This document shows, one piece after another, positions 40,880-46,806 of a stretch of 46,806 nucleotides of DNA (its first letter is position 1; each line of letters begins with the position of its first letter). The stretch lies in the sequence record SRR22947727_1096; one strand, written 5' to 3'. A program made the position numbers and the translations under genes. The notes under the pieces were generated by a model. The model worked only from the letters and a program-made list of their open reading frames with translations, was not told where the DNA came from and did not search any database.

Positions 40880-41311
40880 ATGAAAAAATTATTACTTGCT
40901 GCCCTTGTACTGCCTATATTTATAAAAGCAGAGCCCTGGGTTGATTATGAGTTGAGCGATCAAGTTACTGAGATGACAGTGGTAACTGTTAAGCCCGGTT
41001 ATAAAGATGATTACCTTATGGGTATTAAGAAGACTTGGGTAGATGCTTGTTCAATCCAAAAAGAATTAGGCCATATAGTAAGTTGCTCAGTTTATTCAGC
41101 AGAGACTGCTGGAACAGACCCAAATGTATTTTTAACAATAACATATGCAGATTTAGCCGCTATGGGACCTAATAAAAAAAGATATAAAGAATTTAATGAT
41201 GCCTGGAGAAAAAAAATATCTGAAACAGATCAAGATAATATAGCTGGTGGCTACGGCGATATTCGTGAGATTGTTGATTTGGTTGTTTTAAGAAAAGTAA
41301 ACTTTAAATAA
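40880..41311 (+). CDS. Secreted hypothetical protein
   Basis: SD ggaga, signal peptide MKKLLLAALVLPIFIKA, own terminator. Confidence 0.85.
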   Translation: MKKLLLAALVLPIFIKAEPWVDYELSDQVTEMTVVTVKPGYKDDYLMGIKKTWVDACSIQKELGHIVSCSVYSAETAGTDPNVFLTITYADLAAMGPNKKRYKEFNDAWRKKISETDQDNIAGGYGDIREIVDLVVLRKVNFK

Positions 41312-41331
41312 TTAATTCTTTTCACAATTCT

Positions 41332-41357
41332 AAAAGCCTCTTTGAGGCTTTTTTTTT
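41332..41357 (+). terminator. Rho-independent terminator
   Basis: aaaagcctc-ttt-gaggctttt followed by a T run. Confidence 0.85.
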
Positions 41358-41382
41358 AAATTAATGTAAAATCTTCAAATCA

Positions 41383-41472
41383 GGAGAGGTGTCAGAGTGG
41401 TCTATCGTGCATCCTTGGAAAGGATGTGTACCTTCATCGGTACCGGGGGTTCAAATCCCCCTCTCTCCGCCA
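41383..41472 (+). tRNA. tRNA-Ser (GGA)
   Basis: Acceptor GGAGAGG/TCTCTCC, anticodon arm catcc-tt-GGA-aa-ggatg, long variable arm gtacc..ggtac, T arm ggggg-ttcaaat-ccccc, discriminator G and encoded CCA; 90 nt. Confidence 0.97.
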
Positions 41473-41516
41473 ATCCATTTTTTGACTTTTTGATCATTTG
41501 TGATAATTTTAGCTAT

Positions 41517-41807
41517 ATGAAAAATTTTATAAGCAGTCTTAATTCATTACTTGAAATGCTGAGCAGCGTTGAACACGATATTAACATAGCAGGATACTCC
41601 CTTACGGAGAAAAAAGTTTATTTTACAATCATCCAAACAACTGCAAGAACTGGTAATTGTAATATTACAGATGTAATTAATACATCCTCATTATCAAGAT
41701 CTACTGTATACAAAGCTATTAAAAAACTTGAGAGCAATAACTTGCTTAATGTTCATCAATCAAGTGTTGATAAAAGAGAGTCTTTCCTAGATGTGGTTGT
41801 TTCTTAA
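41517..41807 (+). CDS. Small MarR-like winged-helix regulator (96 aa)
   Basis: SLSRSTVYKAIKKL...S.VDKRE. ATG 41517 preferred because the ORF-track start lies inside the tRNA. Confidence 0.85.
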   Translation: MKNFISSLNSLLEMLSSVEHDINIAGYSLTEKKVYFTIIQTTARTGNCNITDVINTSSLSRSTVYKAIKKLESNNLLNVHQSSVDKRESFLDVVVS

Positions 41808-41837
41808 TTAGAAACTAATTTGCTCTAATATATTTTG

Positions 41838-42434
41838 ATGACATTTAATCAAAAAGCACAGGATTTCATTCTTACTAATATTTTCCTTTATATTTTTGCT
41901 ATGGCTGTCTGGTCACTCTGGTCATATTTTGCTTTTGTTGGTTTAGAAAAGATGGATTGGCAGGGTAGTTTGTTATACCTTCCTCATGGCGTCAGGGTTC
42001 TATGTGTATGTTTCTTTGGGTTAAAATCTCTTCCTGCCTTAGTTGCAGCTGAGATAACAGGTCCTTTATTTATTAATCCTGAACAGTATTTTGGTGTATG
42101 GACTATTGCCAGTATTGGCTCTATTGCTTCTGTAGTTATTGCAAGGAATTTAGTTGACTGGTCTCAAGAAAATATAGTTGGATCGATAGTTAAACCAATA
42201 AACAATAATAATTATAGAAAAATTGTATTAGTAATTGTAATATCCGCATTGCTTAATGCCATATTAGCTAATTTCATAATTACCTTACTAGATACCGGCA
42301 TTCTTCTTGATCCAATAGTTATTCTTAGATTTTTTATAGGAGATTTTTTGGGTGCTTGTGTCGTAATTCTATTTCTTAGTGTTACCTTTACCAACTTAAA
42401 ATTAAACAAGTTATATAGCCCTAATAAAGATTAA
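41838..42434 (+). CDS. Integral membrane protein, MASE1-like
   Basis: About 5 TM segments, LYLPHGVRVL and F.IGD.LG motifs. Confidence 0.7.
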   Translation: MTFNQKAQDFILTNIFLYIFAMAVWSLWSYFAFVGLEKMDWQGSLLYLPHGVRVLCVCFFGLKSLPALVAAEITGPLFINPEQYFGVWTIASIGSIASVVIARNLVDWSQENIVGSIVKPINNNNYRKIVLVIVISALLNAILANFIITLLDTGILLDPIVILRFFIGDFLGACVVILFLSVTFTNLKLNKLYSPNKD

Positions 42435-42437
42435 TTC

Positions 42438-42466
42438 TTGACTACTGTATAAATATACAGTATTGT
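42438..42466 (+). promoter_or_regulatory. Sigma70 promoter with a LexA (SOS) box in the spacer
   Basis: -35 TTGACT (42438-43), 17-bp spacer, -10 TATTGT (42461-66). taCTGTataaatatACAGta (42443-62) is 19/20 to the gammaproteobacterial consensus taCTGTatatatatACAGta. Confidence 0.88.
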
Positions 42467-42473
42467 ATACATT

Positions 42474-42683
42474 ATGAATAATTTAATACATATAAACTTT
42501 AATGATAGCGTACTTACTGAGTTAAATAATGCTGTAGACATATTGTCTTCAAAAAAAACAGTAGCTTATAAATATTTTAATGGAAATATTGTTGAACTCG
42601 AAAAATATTTAAATAATGCTAATTATTATAATTCAAGCAAAATACTCGCCAATGAAGCAACTCAATTAGAGCTTTTTTCCTAA
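42474..42683 (+). CDS. LexA-regulated small protein (69 aa) with C-terminal clamp-binding-like motif QLELF
   Basis: ATG 7 nt after the -10 of the SOS promoter; ends ...EATQLELFS. Confidence 0.7.
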   Translation: MNNLIHINFNDSVLTELNNAVDILSSKKTVAYKYFNGNIVELEKYLNNANYYNSSKILANEATQLELFS

Positions 42684-42730
42684 ATTCATTCTTTAAACTT
42701 TTAATCATTCTTAAGTTGTATATAATCAAA

Positions 42731-42945
42731 GAGGGTGTCTTGTTTGTAAGTTTTTTAAGGGGGCTTGCTAACATTACTTTTTTTACCCTGAACAATGGAG
42801 GTGGTCCTATTAGTATTTATATTAAACCAGGAAACGGAGGAGCTGCCTTTTGACACAAGGTATCTTTTAAGTTTCTGACTAATTTGGGTTGCATAAACCC
42901 TAGTTAGATTTTTTCTAAACCCTCAAATTAATCTTTGGGGGTTTT
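42731..42945 (+). ncRNA. Candidate structured small RNA (or mRNA of a 37-aa peptide, 42740..42853)
   Basis: TATAAT at 42721-26; locally G-rich; stem 42733-43/42855-65; hairpin 42874-42908; terminator-like hairpin 42917-45. Confidence 0.5.
42917..42945 (+). terminator. Probable Rho-independent terminator
   Basis: aaaccctcaaa-ttaatc-tttgggggtttt. Confidence 0.65.
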
Positions 42946-42951
42946 CTATAT

Positions 42952-43827
42952 ATGGAATTACGTTATTGGTCTTTATTAATATTTCTAGGCTCTATTTGGG
43001 GAAGTGCCTTTATGTTTATAAAGGTAGCTACTCCAGAACTAGGAGCTGTTTTTTTAGTTCAACTAAGACTAGCATTAGCTTCTTTGGTATTCCTACCGTT
43101 ATTACTAAGGAACAAACAACTAAGGCTATTTAAAAAAAGCTTTAAATATATTCTAATTTTAAGTTTAACCAATACCGCTATACCCTTTGTTTTATTTTCA
43201 GAGGCCTCAAAAGGCTCAGATTCAAATATGCTAGCTATACTGAACTCTTCAACAGCACTAATGACTATGATAATCGCTCTTTTTTGGTTAAAAGAAAAAG
43301 TTATATCAAAACAAGTTTTAGGTTTATTAATTGGTTTTATAGGAATAATTATTTTAGTAAATCCATCAAATAGCTCTATTGATCCTTACTCTGCTTCAAT
43401 ATGTTTAGCTGGTTCATTTTGTTATGCATTCTCGGGAGTCTTTATACAAAAACATTGTATTAATATAAATAAAATGGTTCTAATCGGTTGGTCATTGGTT
43501 TTCGGAACTATTCTATTATTACCGATTTCTTTATTTAATCTTCCAACGTCCTTTCCTTCAAATAATGCAATTCTTTCGGTTCTGTGGCTTGGTGTGGTAT
43601 CTACTGGATTATCTTTTATTGGATATGTTCGATTGATTGAAAAAGTAGGCGCTGTTAAAACTTCTACAGTTGCATATTTTTTACCTGTGTTTGGAATTAT
43701 TTGGGGAAACATATTTTTAGATGAGATGGTATCGTTTCTAATCGTAGTTGGATGTATTATGGTCTTAATAGGTGTATTTTTTGCTACATCTAATAATAAA
43801 AATTTGGAGACTGTTGATGGAAAATAA
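42952..43827 (+). CDS. DMT/EamA family transporter
   Basis: IWGSAF.FIK, about 10 TM, V.YF.PVFG..WG..FL.E. Confidence 0.93.
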   Translation: MELRYWSLLIFLGSIWGSAFMFIKVATPELGAVFLVQLRLALASLVFLPLLLRNKQLRLFKKSFKYILILSLTNTAIPFVLFSEASKGSDSNMLAILNSSTALMTMIIALFWLKEKVISKQVLGLLIGFIGIIILVNPSNSSIDPYSASICLAGSFCYAFSGVFIQKHCININKMVLIGWSLVFGTILLLPISLFNLPTSFPSNNAILSVLWLGVVSTGLSFIGYVRLIEKVGAVKTSTVAYFLPVFGIIWGNIFLDEMVSFLIVVGCIMVLIGVFFATSNNKNLETVDGK

Positions 43828-44200
43828 AACTTTAGATTCACTATTAATAGAAGCAAATCATAATGTTACAAGGATAGGTTTTGACGAAGCATTGAAAATA
43901 ATTAATTTGCCTAATACATTTATTATTGACGTGAGAGAGGAGTCGGAGCTAGCTAATTTAGGTTTAATTAAGAATGCTATCCATATACCTAGAGGATTAA
44001 TTGAATTTAAAATTGAGTTAAATTCTTCAAATAATCCCGCAGGTATTAATAATAATTCTAATTTATTATTTTATTGTGCTGGAGGGTACAGGTCTGCACT
44101 GGCTGCAAATACTGTTAAAAGCCTTGGTTTTATTAATGTATTTAATATTGGTGGATTTCAGCAATGGGTCAACTCAGGTGGAGAAATTCAACCAATCTAA
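43817..44200 (+). CDS. Rhodanese-like protein
   Basis: IDVRE..E, IPRG..EF, YCAGGYRSALA, GGF..W; ATG 43817 with SD ggag. Confidence 0.92.
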   Translation: MENKTLDSLLIEANHNVTRIGFDEALKIINLPNTFIIDVREESELANLGLIKNAIHIPRGLIEFKIELNSSNNPAGINNNSNLLFYCAGGYRSALAANTVKSLGFINVFNIGGFQQWVNSGGEIQPI

Positions 44201-44300
44201 AAACTTTAAATATATTTAAAAAACATATATATACTCTTCAATCTATATAAATATTTTTCTATAGATGTGTGTATAATTTATTTTTTTTGAGGAAATTATT

Positions 44301-46730
44301 ATGAAAAACTTTATTTATATCAACTTATCTATTGCTCTTATTTTAACATCAATTACATTTGCTCAAGATAATATTGTTGAGGAAGTTATAGTTACTGCAA
44401 CTAAAACGGAAAAGACATTACAAGAAGTTCCGGTAGCTGTTTCTGTTATTACATCTGATGAAATAGAAAAAGCAACCATCATAGATACTTTTGATCTTAA
44501 ATCTATTATCCCATCATTAGACACAAGACAATATCAATCTTCTACTAATGCTACTTTTTTTATTAGAGGTTTTGGTAATGGATCTAACAATCCAGGTGTA
44601 GAACCATCAGTTGCATTGTTTGTTGATGGTGTATACAGATCAAAGACACAATCTCAAATAGCTGATCTTCCTATGCTTGAAAGAGTAGAAGTTCTTAGAG
44701 GTCCTCAAAGTACTCTTTTTGGTAAAAATGCATCTGCGGGCGTTATAAATATTGTTACAAAAAAACCTTCTTTTGATAAATCGAGAATGATGTCACTTGG
44801 TGTTGGGAAATATAATTCAAAAATAGGCAAAATATATACAACAGGTCCTATTAATGAAACAACAGCATATAGTTTTAATGCTAATTTTAATAAAAGAGAT
44901 GGAAGCTCAGATAATCCTGTAACAGGAAACTCAGTAAATAATAGAGATAGATTAGGCTTACGTGCAGAACTTTTATTTATTCCTAATGATGATCTATCGA
45001 TAAGGCTAACTGCCGACTATGATGAATATGACGAAATTTGTTGTGCTGTTGGCAGTGCCAATTATGGTACTGCAAATTCGGTAACCGCAGCTTTTGGAGG
45101 ACAAATTATTCCTAATGATCCTTATACTGAAAAAGCATTTTTTGATTTTGACCCTATATCTGATGGAGACAATTCTGGAATTTCAATTTATATAGAAAAG
45201 GATTTAGATAATATTCGTATAGAGAGTATTACCTCATCTAGAAAAAGTTATAACTTTGAACTTCAAGATGTAGATTTTGAATCAGTTGATCAAATTGATG
45301 CTAATAAACTTGTTAAAGATTTAGATGCAGTAACACAAGAGATCAGAATTTTTTCTGAGGATAATGAAAATATAAACTGGTTACTGGGTGCATATTATTA
45401 TCAGGAAGATATGAAATATGATAATTCTATCTATTTTGGTTCATTATGGAGACCTTATATTGATGCTCTTGCTCCGGGAGCTTTAGCTGGAGTCGCAGAA
45501 GCTTTTGGTATTCCAAACTCATTATTATTTGCAGAAGGTCAGGGTGTTAATGAAATTTCTACACAAGATAATACAACTAAATCAATATTTGCTCAGCTAG
45601 ATATTAAACTTACTGATAGATTGAGTGCCATTGTTGGAGCAAGTTATATTGAAGATGAAAAAACTGTATCAGTTAATCAGACCAATACTGATATTTTTTC
45701 AAACTTAGATTTTGTTGGAGCAGGCACCCTGGGGCTTATCGGAGCTGGTTTTACACCTGAAGAAGCTGCAGTTTTAGCAAATGATCCAGCTTTTAATCCT
45801 TTATTAGGTCTTCAAGGAATTCAATTTTTACCACAATTTGTAAATTTTCCTAATACCGCTCAAGATGGAGAGAGTAATGATGATAACGTTGACTACACTT
45901 TTAAACTTGCTTATGTATTAAATGATACGACATCTATCTACGGTGGAGTTTCAACAGGTTACAAAGCCACTGCTTGGAATATTTCTAGAGATTCATTGCC
46001 CGATGCAACTGAAATTTCTGCTTTGGCATTGGCTGGATCTCCAGTTGGACCTAATACAGGTGTTGGAAGAAGGTATGCTGATCCAGAAGAATCAGAGGTT
46101 TTTGAGATTGGTGCAAAAATAAAATTACCAACTGGGTATTTAAATATTGCTTTGTTTGATCAAAAGATTGAAGGATTTCAATCAAATACATTTATTGGAA
46201 CTGGGTTTATACTTGCAAATGCTGGCTCACAATCAACTGAAGGATTTGAGTTTGATTTAGTTATGTCTCCTACAGATTATATTGATCTTGCAATAAGTGG
46301 ATTATTTATGGATCCAATATATGACTCATTTCCAAATTCAAGTTCAGGTGATTTGACAGGAACCATGCCATCAAATATCTCGGAAAATACCATCTCATCA
46401 ACGATTACATGGAATTTGAATTTCAATAATTGGGATGGATATTTAAGACTAAGTCATTTATATGCAAGTGAAGCAAATATGCTAGAAAATCCTGCATGGC
46501 AAACAATATTAGAGAATGCAGGAAACGGTATAAAAACTCAAGATACAATAAATTTTTCAGCTGGTATTGAAAGGGATAATTTATCAATAACAATATGGGG
46601 TAAAAATATCAATGATGATAAGTATTTAATTTCTGCTTTCCCAGCTGTTGCTGATCCAACATTTACAACATTCTTTGGATACCCTAATGTTTATTCATCT
46701 TATGGAGCTACATTAAATTATAGGTTTTAA
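44301..46730 (+). CDS. TonB-dependent receptor
   Basis: EEVIVTATK, IRGFG, VDGVY, ERVEVLRGPQSTLFGKNASAG.IN, C-terminal YGATLNYRF. Confidence 0.97.
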   Translation: MKNFIYINLSIALILTSITFAQDNIVEEVIVTATKTEKTLQEVPVAVSVITSDEIEKATIIDTFDLKSIIPSLDTRQYQSSTNATFFIRGFGNGSNNPGVEPSVALFVDGVYRSKTQSQIADLPMLERVEVLRGPQSTLFGKNASAGVINIVTKKPSFDKSRMMSLGVGKYNSKIGKIYTTGPINETTAYSFNANFNKRDGSSDNPVTGNSVNNRDRLGLRAELLFIPNDDLSIRLTADYDEYDEICCAVGSANYGTANSVTAAFGGQIIPNDPYTEKAFFDFDPISDGDNSGISIYIEKDLDNIRIESITSSRKSYNFELQDVDFESVDQIDANKLVKDLDAVTQEIRIFSEDNENINWLLGAYYYQEDMKYDNSIYFGSLWRPYIDALAPGALAGVAEAFGIPNSLLFAEGQGVNEISTQDNTTKSIFAQLDIKLTDRLSAIVGASYIEDEKTVSVNQTNTDIFSNLDFVGAGTLGLIGAGFTPEEAAVLANDPAFNPLLGLQGIQFLPQFVNFPNTAQDGESNDDNVDYTFKLAYVLNDTTSIYGGVSTGYKATAWNISRDSLPDATEISALALAGSPVGPNTGVGRRYADPEESEVFEIGAKIKLPTGYLNIALFDQKIEGFQSNTFIGTGFILANAGSQSTEGFEFDLVMSPTDYIDLAISGLFMDPIYDSFPNSSSGDLTGTMPSNISENTISSTITWNLNFNNWDGYLRLSHLYASEANMLENPAWQTILENAGNGIKTQDTINFSAGIERDNLSITIWGKNINDDKYLISAFPAVADPTFTTFFGYPNVYSSYGATLNYRF

Positions 46731-46744
46731 TATTTTTTGACTTT

Positions 46745-46773
46745 AAAAGAAGGGGTATTCATACCCCTTTTTT
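46745..46773. terminator. Bidirectional Rho-independent terminator
   Basis: aaaagaaggggtat-tc-atacccctttttt between the convergent TBDR and tRNA. Confidence 0.85.
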
Positions 46774-46776
46774 AAT

Positions 46777-46806
46777 TGGTGCGCCCGGGAAGATTCGAAC
46801 TCCCGA
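46777..46806 (-). tRNA. 3' part of a tRNA, probably tRNA-Arg; truncated at the window edge
   Basis: Reverse complement tcgggagttcgaatcttcccgggcgcacca gives a T arm, acceptor CGGGCGC and CCA. The anticodon lies outside the window, so identity is inferred from the acceptor stem. Confidence 0.8.

Noticed and set aside
41397-41516. N-terminal 40 aa of ORF 41397..41807
   Set aside because: Overlaps tRNA-Ser; the real start is ATG 41517.
42731-42870. Calling the candidate RNA 6S (ssrS)
   Set aside because: It has a closing stem and an accctgaac word, but the paired unit is only about 135 nt, I could not build the long rod with a central bubble, and zapA/ygfA synteny is absent; left unassigned.
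44205-44220. Perfect palindrome tttaaatatatttaaa
   Set aside because: Pure A/T and expected by chance in this composition.
506-46122. About 30 short antisense or off-frame ORFs inside long genes (e.g. 874..1191, 1669..2025, 30591..30980, 43422..43856)
   Set aside because: Shadow ORFs fully within well-supported genes, with no recognisable motifs.
41383-46806. Integrated element bounded by the tRNAs
   Set aside because: No integrase, and no duplicated tRNA 3' end (att) seen in the window.
1-46806. CRISPR array, IS element, rRNA or known defence system
   Set aside because: No regularly spaced repeats, transposase, cas, rRNA or recognisable defence genes were seen.

Overview
AT-rich (roughly one third GC by eye), very densely packed bacterial chromosome segment. 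Gene content (two TonB-dependent receptors, a six-gene TtpB/TtpC/ExbB/ExbD/TonB/TPR system, acyl-CoA enzymes, gamma-type QueF, a CTGT-N8-ACAG LexA box) suggests a streamlined marine gammaproteobacterium, probably SAR86-like (inference only). Most of the window is housekeeping or transport: ald, tdk, gcdH, MacAB-like ABC, glycosyltransferases, bolA, tatD, MoxR/VWA, yadGH, queF, tRNA-Ser(GGA) and a truncated tRNA at the right edge. Four things stand out. (1) A 5'-truncated giant cadherin-repeat/beta-propeller protein ends in an ASP-type kexin-like protease with no adjacent propeptide, and is followed by a probable external chaperone. (2) A lone phage terminase-small-subunit-like gene. (3) A near-perfect SOS box controls a 69-aa protein ending in a beta-clamp-binding-like motif (QLELF). 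(4) An adjacent stand-alone structured ~210-nt transcript carries an 11-nt complement of the 16S rRNA 3' end. Several genes also look leaderless. All family calls come from recognising motifs by eye; no searches were run.
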